A stretch of DNA of 64,000 nt from Takakia lepidozioides. Lineage: Eukaryota; Plantae; Bryophyta. Below are positions 12,861 through 26,765 of this stretch, one piece after another. The notes beneath the pieces were generated by a model. The model did no database searches and was not told the DNA's origin. It saw only the letters and a list, made by a program, of their open reading frames with translations. The position numbers and the translations under genes were made by a program. Numbering within the stretch: position 1 is the stretch's first letter; every line of letters starts with the position of its first letter. The stretch covers positions 39,432,001 through 39,496,000 of the forward strand of contig CM060733.1 of assembly GCA_030704615.1 (NCBI GenBank). Reading direction: 5' to 3'.

Positions 12861-13899
12861 GGGAGAGGTCCGGGAGAGGCTCGAGTTGTTGGAACTGATA
12901 ACTCTTTCAATTTGGGCTTGATCAATGACCCATGTGCGCGGAAATTACCCTTTTGCTCTGAGCTGATGTGTGTAGACGCTGAATCGCTTACATTTTCCGA
13001 TCCCAGAGCTTTGTTTTCTCTTAAACTCGGTGTGCTTTTTGGGCACGTAATATGATCCAGAAGTTCGAAGTGGGCAGCTTCGCTGATGATTTTGTGGCCC
13101 TCTCATTCTCGGATGGCATGCGTGGAAATTTCCAATTGATGATCCTCCGAAGCGCAGTTTAATCGTTTCATTTAGAAAGTTTCGGGGACCTTCGGTATTA
13201 GGGAAGGGCCGTGGGAACGACCCTTCCCCAACGTGAAAAACTGGGAAATTCTTCTTTCCCGCTCCTTGCCCCGGGGGGACCCTTCCAAAAGCGGAAGGTA
13301 CCTCCCGTAAATCGGGGGAACCTTGCGGCCAGGGGGGCTCCTTGAATTACAAAGAAAAAAATTTGCCAGTGTTTTACGCATGGCCACAACTCTTGTTGCC
13401 CACTACTAGGATACATTGTGGAAGCGGGTTAGACTTATGTGCAGCAAGTTGCTGTTATGCATCTGCGGTGTCTGGTAGAGCTGCCAATTTTGCGTTATCT
13501 ATTTTGATGAGGATTTGAACTCAAATTTTGTGGTCAAATCCTTATGCTGCATCTGAAGGTGACCGTAAGCGGGGGACTTATGGGGGACTTTTAGACTGAG
13601 TATGATCATAGTTCTGCATGTATACATGGATTTTCTCGCCGTCCGAGTTTAAATGACTGTACATATGATCCATTACGTCTGTAAGCCTTCGCATGAACTG
13701 CACAGAAATTTCGACACGCAAATCTTTACATCCAAATTTCGAACGCTACAAAAGAACACCGAAAGACCCGGTTTGAAATCAAGTGATATCAATTGGTGAA
13801 AGATAACCGACCGTCTCTATACACATAATGCTAGAGTTTGCTGTGCGAAAAGCAAATAACACGTACACGTGTGCAGCAAGTTTCTAGAGAATCAACAGG

Positions 13900-15520
13900 A
13901 TGAAGAAATTGTCTGGAAGCTGCATGACCTAAAAACTTCAGGCAGCATCCCCCCTTGTGAATGTGCCTTGCTGGATAATGTTGGTAGGATTCGCCAGCAA
14001 ATTAACTAGGAAACCTTCGAGCAACAGAGCGGCGTGCACATCAATAGATTTTCGCTGTCTTGAACATTGGACTTAGTTTGAGATCCATTGCCGCATAAGA
14101 AGCACTGGACTTTGAGTCCTACTCAGCCTGGCTTCAGCAGCAAGATCACAGCGTACTCCGCCTGCCAGTTGTACTCTACACAATTTCCCACCGATGTGTT
14201 TGACTTTGCATCCTCATTCACGTCGGACGTTATCCCACATGTACCTACACAAGCGACGATTCTGGAAAATTCATGACCTCGCTACCTAAGATTGCCACAA
14301 TGATATGAGATCTCCGTGAAACCTCTTGAACCTCAGAATTCTGCGTACAGCAACAATCAATTGTGTCTCCTCCACCCACAAATCCCTGCTCCAAATGTGA
14401 AAATGATGTGCGGACTTTACAGTGAGGATCATACGATCTGATCGGATTAAGATGTGCGTGTGGATCTATTTCTGTCTCAAGTTTTCATGCTAGTACCCTG
14501 GAGGTGCTAAAGAAAAGATGTGGTCTAAGTACCTTTACATGTAGCATGCACAAAGCTATGCACCTGCAGAGAAACTGCAGCGTTTCGGCAAAGAGGTCGA
14601 ATTAGGATCATCGGAGCCCGAGCACACACACATGTACATTTTTGAAGATGTTCACCCGCAATGGGTATGTCGGAGGTGCAGGCCAGTTGTAAACTCTGTT
14701 GATTCCCCATATAAAGGTCCCAGGGAATCCATACTGCTATGACCAGCATGGTCTGCTCCAGTTCGCCATGTTGAGTGATATATATCAGGCTACCAGGCTT
14801 GGCACACTTCTTAACGAAAATCTCCAGGTTGGAGTTCCAACATTCAAGTAAGCACGGCGGTATCTGACTGCTTTCCATTGCTACCCACTGCCGTGAAGGA
14901 CCTAATTTGTGAGAACGTGGTTGTGTTTCATCGCTGGTTGCAGGCAGCGAGTCACTCGTGAAGGGTCCTTTCGTGTGCCGTAATTTATGTGGCGCGATCT
15001 AAGCATGCTGGACAATATCGAAATACTTTGTGTGAGGCAAGGAGCCTCGGATATCTGGCTTTAACTTTCCCTCCGAATTATCAAGTGGATCTCAAGGGGA
15101 TTCGGCCTTGAGACATGAGTGTCGCCTGGAAGTGTCTGGATCTCCTTGGGGCCGCACTGACAGGATCCCGTGTAGGTGTCCACGTACAAATCAACGAATG
15201 CTACATCCGGTGGTGTATTCGATGAGCCAAACTTGAGTGTTGCTGCAGTTGCAGAGTACGCAGAAAAGTCTACTGTGCATGTACTTGCAGATTGTGCCAC
15301 TCCTGCATCTCTTATCCTGATCTAGGGCAGGTGGTCTTCTCTTGCTTTCCACATTTATCTGTGGACCTGCACGCTGTTGTGAGGCTGGTCGGGAGCCCGA
15401 AGCATGACTGCAGGCCTCATACAGCAGACGTTGTGAATGTCCCTAGCCTGAACACTTCGATTATCCTGCGCAGGATAAGATCCGGTCGATGCTGCGCTGT
15501 GCTCTGTCCCGAGAGGTCAT
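13900..15520 (-). pseudogene. Degenerate gene of unknown family, copy A
   Basis: Collinear similarity to 16880-17650 at peptide level (LKFGS/IKFGS, HKLRHTKGPFTSDSLP/HKLWHSKGPLISDSLP, YITQHGEL/YIKCGDL). Confidence 0.5.
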
Positions 15521-16012
15521 GAACATATACTCTCTCTCTCTCTATATATATGTGGTTTTTTGAAGGTTAAGAGAACTTCACTCAACCCCGTTCTGCACTG
15601 CCGCTTTCATCCTTCTTCTATCAATTCCACAGAGTAACTAAAAGTCTCAGTCTCCTCTAGCCAGCTTGGCACCTCCTTAAAACAGCGTCTTCTTGATCAC
15701 ACTAGCAAGACTAGCTAATTATAAATATGATCAGCTACAACACCGTGCAAGCATCCCGGAGTATAAACGGTCTGGGTTTGACAGCAATATTGGACAGGTT
15801 CCGGGAGAGCTTTTTGTACAAGTTTAGGCTCTCAAATCTCAAAATGCAGGGTTCCGTGGACGACTTGGAGTAGAGCAGTGAACTTCCCTATACCGGGCAA
15901 TACAGTATAGGATCCGGTGAACCATGATAATTACAATCAAAAGAATAGAGACTAACGGAATCGCAATTGCACGCAGCTTGTGCAGAACGATAGGCGACAT
16001 GATTGATTTCTC

Positions 16013-16565
16013 CGAGAAAAGGGCCCTGGCCCGACAATTGCCGATCCAGTAAAAGCTAAACTCTAGTAGATCGAGAGAGACTTAGTGGGACGTGGTACAG
16101 CTTTTGTAAGGCTTTCAAATGTCAGCAATCAGAAATGGGCGCTCTCCGCCTGTGAATATAGCAGAGAAGAGCTACAAGGATAACACAGAGAAGCACGACT
16201 AACCAAACCCCACCTAAAGCAAGTTCATAAGGATCGGCTTCAAGCAGACGTCCATGCAGAAGTCCTAACGTCTGATCAGAGAAAAGGCCCCGGCCCAACA
16301 ATTGCCGATCCAGCAAAAACTAAACTAGGAGATCGACAGAGACTTTAGTGGGTGGTACAGTTTTCGTAAGGCTCTCAAATCTCTCCTAGTCAGTGATCAG
16401 CAACGCGCACTGATCTCCGATTGCAAATATAGCTGAAAACAGCTACAACGACCAAACAGAGAATCACGACTAAAAAAACCCCACCTACAAGCAAGTTCTC
16501 AATGATCGGCTTCATGCAGTCGTCCGTGCAGAAGTCCTAACTTCGGGCCCTGGGACAATTGACGA
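16013..16565. repeat. About 265-270 bp diverged tandem repeat (2 copies plus a partial)
   Basis: GAGAAAAGG..CC.GGCCC.ACAATTGCCGATCCAG at about 16013 and 16279; GCAGAAGTCCTAAC ends both units. Confidence 0.85.
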
Positions 16566-16879
16566 GCGAAAACAAGGAGAGGAAGAGCTCGACTCTGTAA
16601 ACTTAGCGAACATGCGTTTATATACCGTCAGGCTGGAGAGACGACACAGCCCTGGGCAGATTAAAAGTTTCTAGAGTGAAGGCAACGTTCACATAAATTT
16701 GAATTCAAATTGCGACAGTGACGTATCATGATCCCATGTTGTCCAGAGACTTTACTGAAACTTATCGGCTTGATTAACCACGGAATTTTTGCTCTGATTA
16801 GAATCTAACCTGCAGCATCGACCATTTATATCATTAATTTTCCCTGTGACCCAACTTTCCAAATTGGAGTAGAAGTGGA

Positions 16880-17650
16880 CTCGAATCCTAGGTACGCACT
16901 AGAGTCCAACTACTGGCTTCAGCAGCAAGATAACATAGTACTCCGGCCTACCAGTTGTCTACACTAATGTTTCTTCCCAATGATTTGTTTTGACTCTGCA
17001 TCCTCATTGTGAACACGTTGGACGTCATGATCACATGTGTGTATGTATAATTTGGAGCAATTTGTGGGTGGAGGAGACTCCTGGAATAAATGTTGCTGTA
17101 TGCAAAACTCTGTGATTAGGGTCAAGATGTCGCGTGCTAAACAGTATCAATCATAGATCATGAATTTGTTCAAAACTGTCATATAATATATATGTTTATA
17201 TGGGAATGATTCCGTCGTAAGCACTGTTGACGCCCCATAAGGATCCCAGGTAATCCATATTGCCATGTCCAGCCTTGTCGGCTCTAGATCGCCACATTTA
17301 ATATAAAAGGCAGGCTTCTGATCTCTTTCATAGCTACCCTACCCAGAAGGACCTTCATGAGAACGTTGGTATTGTTCCATTTGGCAGTGAGTCACTAATG
17401 AGGGGCCCTTTTGAGTGCCATAACTTATGCATGCTGGACACTGTCATGGAAATTCTGTGTGTCACGCAAGGAGTCGCAAGGAGTCTCGCAGGATCCCGTG
17501 TACGAAAATGATCCACCTGGAACACCATATCCCGTGGATCTGTCTTGTCATGAGCTTCTGGTTCAGCTGAGCCAAATTTAATTTGAGACTTGCAGTTCAG
17601 TGTACGCAGAATGTGGTCACTGGGCATTGTAGGTTGTGCTCACCCTGTCT
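16880..17650 (-). pseudogene. Degenerate gene of unknown family, copy B
   Basis: CTGGCTTCAGCAGCAAGAT, TGCATCCTCATT and other blocks match copy A (14110-15250). Confidence 0.5.
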
Positions 17651-19501
17651 CCTGTCCACATTACACGGGCTGGTGGTCTATCCCATATTGGACATTTCTT
17701 TCTATCACAGGGTGATTTCTCGTTCTTCTCCTTCCGGGCTACATTTGCCACAAGGGCCAAACAAAAACTTTTAGAACGGAACGGAAGGGGAAGAACAGAA
17801 GAATAAAAGAACAAAAGGGGAAGGATGATACTCCCAAGCTCCAAAATGAGTCCAACAAATACAAGTACATAACTATAGACCTAATTATCACTGATTATAT
17901 AACGAGATATGAGTTTGTCTATAATGGACACATTGATATTGGGGTGATCAGCTTGCATTTCTCCTTTAGATGGACCTTCCATTTTAATTACAGGTGGTAT
18001 TTTTTTCTTCTGTCTCCTGGAATCTGCTCCAAGATAGCCAAAACCCAATTAAAGCTTTCAACAACAAAATAAGCAATCAACATTAAACTGAAGACCCCAA
18101 GACCCCACATCTCATCAAAAACTTGATTGTATTAAGAGACTAATTTGGTGATACATGAAATTAACCTCAACAGGCCGCAACTTCACCAAGCCCAAAAAAA
18201 CAACACCAAGCTAGCAAACATACTTACAATTGGTGGGAGCAGAGACCGATTTGTTCTGCATAGTAATTTGTTGTTCTGCTTTGTCTATGTCTTTCTACAA
18301 ACACCACAAGGGGGCTCATGAAATATTCATTTGTGGAAAATCCAACGTCGTTCCCCTTCAAATTGGTGTTCAATTGTGTCAGAGAAATGTTTACTAAAGT
18401 CCATTCCTTATTCAAGATGAATGTGTCTTGCACTCTATCATTAATCCAAGTGGAATGTTTATTGTGCATTCCATTCTCTTAGTCCAAGTTTGAGAGAAAT
18501 TTGTTTAGCATACTTCTATCGTAGGAAATGAAATGTTCATCCCAAAAGAATTGTCCTAATTGTTCTCATCTACTGTCTTGTATGTTTGCTGCACTGAGGC
18601 AAATTACTCCATCTCCCTCTATACAACATCCACCAGATCAGTAATTCTCCCTCCTAGCGCCCACTCTACTACCATGTCTAAATCCCACAATCGTTGCATA
18701 TCATGGGCTGATAGCTTCTTTCCTTTGTATTTCTTTTTGGCCACAGTACACATTTGAGCAACCATTGCAGAAATCCTAGGCATGGAGATTTTATAAACCC
18801 ATCACATGCATTGCAATGGTTTTTTTTTAGCTAGGTGATAACATTCCAGGAGCTGCACTGTACATATTGCAAAGAGTTAAATAGAACTTGAATAGAAAGA
18901 CAAGCACAACAAGGTACACACATAATCTTAACTCCACAACCTCCTATAATGCAAGTTGGTCTGTCCTTCTGTTGATTATAAAGAACCCAAATCTGAACCA
19001 AAGAAAAAACCAAACCTGAACTTGCTCAGCTTGTGCACTACCCAATGTTCACTTTGTCCGTCCTTATTGAATCTTGTGTACTGGAGTTGATTTGTGGTGT
19101 GGCCCTACAAATTCGATGTATCTCTTTGTATGAGCTCTTCAGAATAGTGAAGATCGTTCAACTTCCTTTTCTGTTGGACACATATTAAAAACTCCAGCAA
19201 ATACTTTTATGAGTAGTTGCTCAATGCCCATAATCTTGAGTGTAAAAATAAATAAAACACAAGCTAGAACCACCTTCTCACTGCTCGCAATATGATCTTA
19301 TCCGCAATTACTAGTGCTCTTAGTACTACTCAAAGCAAAGAGTAATATCATGTAGTTTTAGAAATAACTACCTCTAGTAGTACGCATCACTTCAATAGTC
19401 ATTCAATTAGGATAAAACATACTATCATGCTCTTTCAGTACACTCCTTCAGTAAAAAGTGACAACATATTCCATACTGCACTGGTAATCCAAAACACTGA
19501 A

Positions 19502-20009
19502 TATCAAGAGGGAGGCAACTACGCTAGTAGTAAATACCTTACATAAAAATTCTTGTAATATTTGTTATGCTACCAAAGCAGTTTTTTCACTAACTCCTAC
19601 AATAAAAGCAACGACCACACTGTATTGTATGTAACTATAAAAGTAATTGACGATATAAACTACTCTTAGCCTCTTTAGATCATGGGATGATTGGAGAAAG
19701 CAAATATATTTTGTATATCGTACTATATGTAAAGTATTTAAAAATTATGTGTATGATGTCAGAAGAATTTTTAAATACTTTACATGTAGTACAATATACA
19801 AAATATATTTGCTTTCTCCAATCATCCCATGATCTAAAGAGGCTAAGAGTAGTTTATATCGTCAAATTACTTTTATAGTTACATACAATAGTGTGGTCGT
19901 TGCTTTTATTGTAGGAGTTAGTGAAAAAACTGCTTTGGTAGCATAACAAATATTACAAGAATTTTTATGCAAGGTATTTATTACTAGCGTAGTTGCCTCC
20001 CTCTTGATA
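19502..20009. repeat. Long inverted repeat (foldback): about 245-bp arms, 19-nt loop
   Basis: 19502-19746 is the reverse complement of 19766-20009 with only a few mismatches or indels. Confidence 0.97.
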
Positions 20010-21671
20010 CTTATATAACAATGCGACTAAGATGCTATTTACATAATGACATTGTATACTAAATGAGTATTACAATACCTATACCACTTCAAGTTACTTA
20101 TTTTATTGGTACCTCCCTAATAAATGTACTGCACACTACATTAATAATGAAATATTTGTGGAGTAAGTTACCATGCACGCCCCCCCAAACAGCACCCCCA
20201 CCCCACCCCCACCCCCAATAGGTCGAGCCTTATGGAAGCATTTGTGCAGCGCCCAGAACTCAACCTCAGACTCCGGATGAATTGTGACCAGCCCAAAGCC
20301 CATGGGGGCTATTTGCATTTACCCCTAAGAATCCAAATGAGGTACCAAGAAAGACAACCCTGATCTCAGTGACAGGATCATACTGGGCAAGGTAACAAAT
20401 CATACCCTTCGCAATTTGCACCTTGTTATTCTTCGTAGTGTACCAAATGGACGTGTCCTCCGACACCCGCAGAGGCACACCGGCAGCATGGGACCCTACC
20501 AAGGGGGCCAAGTAAGATTTGCAAGGCGAAGGGTCATTCACCTCAGAAGAAAAAACACCACACGTTTTGTAGAAGCAATCACTATACATGTTCGTCATCT
20601 GCACTGTCAGAAGGAGTGAGTCAGAACTGTCCAGATTAGATAAACCACACTTTCTCTCTCATCGAATGTCCATCGCACCTACGTCAAACATCATCGAGAA
20701 CCTCACAACCTAAACACAAGAAAACAACAAACGCCTAAACACGCGCGCAAAGCCTCTGAGCCTCTACTCGGATGCAGTTGCATTGCACAAATATTGCATG
20801 GATAAACCAATCTCATCACGGCACACCTCAACACCAAATCTGAAACCACAAAACCTCCATCACATACAAGCCACGTACAAACCGCCTATCCTTCCACCTC
20901 TCCCACCACATTATTCTAATGAGTGTAGCAATTTCTTGTGACATCGCAACCCTTTCTATTTCATAATTTTGTTGTCGATTTGTGTGGTGGGGTGCAAAGA
21001 GTTGAGAGAAAACGAAGCATTTCTATAACAAAACTTGTCATTGAAGCAAAGGTGGACAATGAGTTTGTCAAAGTACTAGGTTGTTCTTGTTCTGACCCGT
21101 TCCAGGAGCTGTAAAGGATAGCAAGACAAAGGCTGATGTTGTATACGACACTACCAATAAATGGTTGGCACTAGAAAAGGCAATCCCAACAAAAATTCTA
21201 GCAAAGAAGATCTGAAAATCATCTTTCTAATGTGCATAATTCAATTTTTGTCTGTCCAAGTTATAATCCACTTATCTAGAGTCTTTTCGTGGATATAACT
21301 CATGGTATATTTTGCATGGATTAGGGATGTGCATGGTTTTTAGGATGAGCAAAAACAAACATATACTTTGAAAAATATTTCATTAAACGCGCCAGTTCTT
21401 GGATACTGTAGACAATGTCATAAGTTTGCAACCGATGCGATCAAACACTCGACGTCAAGCATCTGTGCATCTACTGCTACTGAGATTCCAAGTGAACATC
21501 AGTTCTCAATTATGACGTGACGTGGTGCAAACACGTCAGGTTACGTCCCAAACCGACTTTATATCAAGTATTTTTTTTGTAATTTTATTTTTACGCGACC
21601 AAATTTATCTCATTGACAATGTGGCGGCCTAAGTGTATTACACAAGTGTTTTTTTTTTTTAAAATGAGCTG

Positions 21672-24440
21672 TAGGGCGATCGGCGACCGGCGACCGGCGA
21701 CCGTCCAGCTTGGACGACCGCAACGTCCAAACGACGGCTAGATGACCGTGGTTCACCCGTCCGGCAACAAGCAACCGTCCGGTAACCGTACGTTGACAGA
21801 CGACTGTGAGGTGACCGTCAGACGAAGGTGATCAATTTTATTGATTTTTTTTAAACTTATTTTATTAAAGACAGTCAGTGCTGAGAGATCCAATTGATTT
21901 TTGAGTCTGTATATATTTAATAATATCGGGACTGTCAGAGCTGATAGTCTCAAATTTGTTTTATTTTTTATTAATAAATTTGGCCCCGCAGTCGCCCAGC
22001 GCCGCACCTAGCTCAGTGGTCGCCTAAAAAATAAATAATAATTATTTTGAGAATATCGAGACCACCAAAGCTTACGGTTTTTTTTTTAATATCTTTTAAT
22101 TTTTTAAAGGATAAAATCGGGATCGCCGGAGCTGACGGTCCATAATCTCACAAAGAATCATTGGCAATTCATGTTTTTGAAAAATTCAAGCAACGAAGAC
22201 GTTGCTTCTTGAAATATGAGAGGCTTGTAACATGGTAAAATAGAAGGCTTTAAGTGGATGAGGAAAGTTCTTTATAAGCTTTCAAAAGTGATTAAGAAGG
22301 TTCATAGGAAGTTTGACTTGAGATGACATGGGCAAATTTTCCATTGTCACATCAAAATCCAAGTAGTTACCTGCAAATACAGATTTACAAGTACAACTTA
22401 TATCCCTTCTATCACAGAAAGAATCATGATAATCCTAGGTCATTCAATGATATGGTGATAAAGTGAATTAATGAATGAAATGACTGTTTTGTAAATTCAT
22501 CACGATTTGTTTTTCCACATAGACTTTTTCAGAAAATCAGAATTCTGAAACAGATGATGACTTTTCAAAATTTGAAGATGTTCATCAAAGTTCCACGTTC
22601 CGGAGCTCATGGTCCTTCAGGCATGACGTACAATCGAAGGTTTAAAGCTTCATGGAAAATTGGGATGAAGTGGCTTATGCACTTGAAACCAACAGGTGGG
22701 CTATCTACTGGTTTCATGAAATGCGTTATTTGTGAGGAATTTCGTATCAAGTCGTTGTGGGGTCATGGACCAGGATGTAAAACAACTCCTCCATATCCAC
22801 TCATAGACCTTGTTAGCAAATTAATCCAAGAGCTGCAACTTAGGAACTATTCTCAATGCATCACTTGCTGTCAAAACCTCACGATGAGTTATACAATGTG
22901 TATTTATCAAAGTAAGAACATCTTCTTGTAAACGAGCAAATAACCCTTGATGGCACCCTACCATTTGAAGATGCTCAATCAGTAGCAAGAGCCACTAGGT
23001 TTGATGGATTCCAACCCAACCTTTCCAATAATGATGATGTCGCAAGATACATGTTTTCTCCTATCGCATCTTTGATTACCAATAATTCCACGAAGGCAGG
23101 GGTTTGAGGACCTTTCTTTTCCAAACTTAGATGACAAGAATATACAATCAGTGTGTTGTTTCATAGTCCGGATGGTGGACTCGTGAATCATAAATGAAAA
23201 TATGAGAGAGTATAAGTTCCATATTAGTCATTCTTAGGAATGTCATGGGTTTTCAAAGACCCTTAGGCATTGACGTTCACTCTTATAACTTATAATAGAA
23301 CAGTCTTACGTTACAATGAAGAACAAGATCTTCATGCAAGTGATCACCCTTGCATGTTCTTTCTCAATTGCATTTTCAATATGTCGGGCAATAGGAACCA
23401 AAACACATTGAGGAAAATGAATAGTTTCCTATAAAAGCAATGCGGTTTTGTGATTGAAGATTTTTTCATGATCACGAACAACTGATATTTGCTGAGAGGT
23501 CAAGTGTTGGAGCAAATTTTGTATTACATGGCCTCCATATTGGATACTCTTCAAGTGTCCGAGACTTATTGGTATTGACAACCTATCACTTTCCAATTTT
23601 AATTCATGCTTCATGTGATGGTTGATGTTTTAGACTTTAGTGGAGTTGAATAAATTGAATCGAAATTTTCAATATGACATGATTGATATTTCAACGGTTG
23701 GATGTACTTTGGATGCATCCATATCCATATTAAAGAGACATTTTATGTGTGGTCATGGTCCCAATTTTGGTTGACTAACAAAGCATTTGGGACCACTTTT
23801 ATCTCGAGCTTGGTTTGATGGCGCCTTAAGATGGAGGACAAACAATAGCCTTGAGGTACATATTATCCTATGCACCATGGATGGATTTTTGATCGAGAAG
23901 ACACGTTGCAAGAATGCAAGGTAATGAGAGGCGCTGAATACGTACAAGCGGTTGTGGATAGCTTTAATGAGAGATTTCTTGACCTTCCACTTTTTAATGC
24001 ATCAAAGTTGTTCAGTCCAAAATATTATCTAAGTGATGAAGAGGCTCATATCAATATGTCAAATCAAATGGTTGGAGAGGTTGATCTTGAAATTTGGATT
24101 AACAGAGGCTAAAAGTGATGTGCAAATAGAGTTGAGTTGCTTGAGTTTGTGGAAACCTTGATGCATGAATGTGAAAACAAATCTTTGTTTGAGGCATGAC
24201 GATTGTGTGGAGGTACCAACGAGTGACATACTAATTTGCCACACTTTATGCATCCTGGCAAAAAGTACTTGTGCAAAATGCTATCAAAAGCCATTTGCGA
24301 GCTCGCTTGAGGTTGGATACTTTGGATGCTTTGATGCGAGTGTCATTGTGCAGGATTGAGATGGAGAATATGGATTGGAGGGCGGTCTTCGAAGTATGGT
24401 GCAGCCTGAAAAACAGAAGGGTTCCTACTTTGGACTAATT
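21672..24440 (+). mobile_element. Degenerate hAT DNA transposon (TTF zinc finger, ZNF862-like transposase); 22785-23492 is inverted
   Basis: Plus strand: RRFKASW..WL...MKCVICEEF. Minus strand: FSFMIHEST, LVALATD*AS, THCITHRE. Plus strand again: RGQVLE, FNERFLDLPLF, IKSHLRARL..LDALMRVS. GACCG-rich subterminal-like repeats at 21680-21800. TIRs not confirmed. Confidence 0.85.
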
Positions 24441-26727
24441 GTAAGTTCACACTTCTTTTCATTTTTCATTTTTAATTTCATATGACATGGTTGTGTGAAA
24501 GGTCAAAAATTTGTTAACCTATTATATGAAAGACATTTTCTCAAAGTTGTCTGTCACAGTGAAAATAAAAAAAGAATTAACATGTCACCAAAAAAATAGG
24601 GCTACCTGTCAAATGTTATGTTAGTAAAGTTGCTTCACCATATATCTCCGTTTGGAGAACGAAGACCTGTTCTCTAGTTCAGAAGTATGTGTATGGCATG
24701 TTAGTCCAAGAACAGACTTCTTTGTCTAAAGTTGGAAGTCTCAAGTAGGAAGACTTTTTCAGTCCAGTTGTGTCAGTTAGGTTTTCTCTGTCTCTGTCTG
24801 CCCAAACTGCGGGGCAAATGTCTTGTGAGTATATTTCTGCCTTTGTGCCTACTTTCACATATTTCCAACAACAGAGTAGCTTGGTTTTACTCTTTTGGGA
24901 GAAGGGCTCAGTCCTTGTGCTTGTGCTCCCAAAACATCAGACATGGTGGCTATCAACACCCAGATATAAAGGATTCCAACTGATCATATCAGGACCAGTT
25001 TGGTATTAAAAAATGGACATACCAGTCTAACACTGGTTCAAACCTCGAAAAATGCGGTACATACACTAGATGATTAAATACCTAAAAGTACCCGGTCCTC
25101 TGCTCCCCTATTCCCACATATATTACATTGCTGAAAGTGGGACGAGGGGACTCAAAGCGAAACCCGGGGGAGCGATCAGGCTTGGACAAGAGGGGTTGGG
25201 AAGTTGACATCGGGCCCTTAAAGACATTTAGTACAAGCTCTCGCATCCCGATCCGTAAGTCTCCAAGTGAACTCTTATCCTAAGTATGCCAAGTGTCACC
25301 TAAGTGTCAACCATGGATAACAGTTAAATATTCTTCTCATCTATCTAGCTACCGTGGATAAATAAGTTCATGATTTCTATTAGTCATTTTATTTATTCTT
25401 CTCAAATATGAATCATGGTAATGGCTCGGGGTTTTAGTTTCTTCCCCTTTATCAATAAAATTTCTTGAGGACTGTTCCTCCTCTTTGGGAAAGAGAAAAA
25501 AAAAAAACGCCCATGATTTACAAATATTATGAATTAAGTGATAAGTGCCAAATCTTGCTATGAATGGCTTTTTTCCTCTCCATGAAAATGCCTATGGTAC
25601 TCGAAGCTCATGTAGAGACACTTGGAATATTTGCCTCGTGACATAATTGGATATACCCCTGACATGCGCGACGATTTAATTTCCTTCTGTCCGCTTTCGA
25701 CACTGCATAGGCGGCAATCAAGATTACTATAGGCACAACTGCTTCGACCGAAGTCGCTTCACTAAGATGATACTGACGAGGTAGATACTAAAAATATGAT
25801 ATACCCGCCCAACATTGGTAATAACTCAGTTTTAAGTAAATGTGGACAAAAGGATGAAATCTGGACATTTGATAAATAATAATAAATAATCAATAGATAT
25901 GGAAATAATATTATATTCAGTATTGATAATTAATTAAAAATTATAATTTGGATTTTCAAGGATTGTTCGGAAACTAGCATGTTGTTCTTTGCAAAATAAA
26001 TAGCGAGACAGGGACTTGGCATTTGAGGAGGTCGCTTGTGATTACATTGATGGAGGGGAGATCTCCCATGCACTTGATAGGTAGTTTCTCGCAACTTACG
26101 CGAAACGTATCATTCGATTACTACATGATGGTTTAGGGGAGAGAAGACGAGAGGAGATCTCGTGAAAACATGACAAATGCATGTAAAATAAAAGCTTAAA
26201 AACCACAATGGCTCGTGCCTTGGAGATCTCCCGTCCTTGTTTTGAAGCACGCCTAGGTTTAGGAGTTAGAAAGCACATTCGTCATGTTGTTGGTTGTATG
26301 GTTTGCTGATCACCGGAGATCTCCTGTCCTTGTATTGAGTCATACCTCCATATGGTTCTGAAAGATCGTTCTGTTGGTTGTGCTCTGGTGTTTTATATTA
26401 ACGCTATCTCTATGTGCTTCCAGAGAGCAGATTCCGATCATGCATATTGTGCCTAGTTGAGTCATGGGCATGACTCCTTTATTATCCACATGTATTACAA
26501 TTACTGGATTGAATTATTACTATATATTAGGTAATATCTTTAAGGATTGTTTTTTTTTAACATTTTAATTTTAATTTTAAATTATGTAATTGGTTTTATT
26601 ATGTTTGAACTTTGTTGTGAATATTAATAATATCATTGTACATAATATGTTATCTACAAAATATGTACTCAAATAAGTAGAGCCCAAATGGGGAAGAGGC
26701 TCTTATTTTCACTAGCTTCGGCTGGCG

Positions 26728-26730
<3 letters not shown>

Positions 26731-26764
<34 letters not shown>
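26731..26764. repeat. (TA)17 microsatellite
   Basis: Read directly. Confidence 0.98.

Positions 26765-26765
<1 letters not shown>

Noticed and set aside
13170-13390. GC-rich stretch with small hairpins (GGGAAGGG...CCCTTCCC) as a structured RNA
   Set aside because: No recognisable RNA family features; homopolymer-rich and possibly low-quality sequence.
21672-25110. hAT terminal inverted repeats and 8-bp TSD
   Set aside because: TAGGGCGATC at 21672 has no convincing reverse-complement partner downstream.
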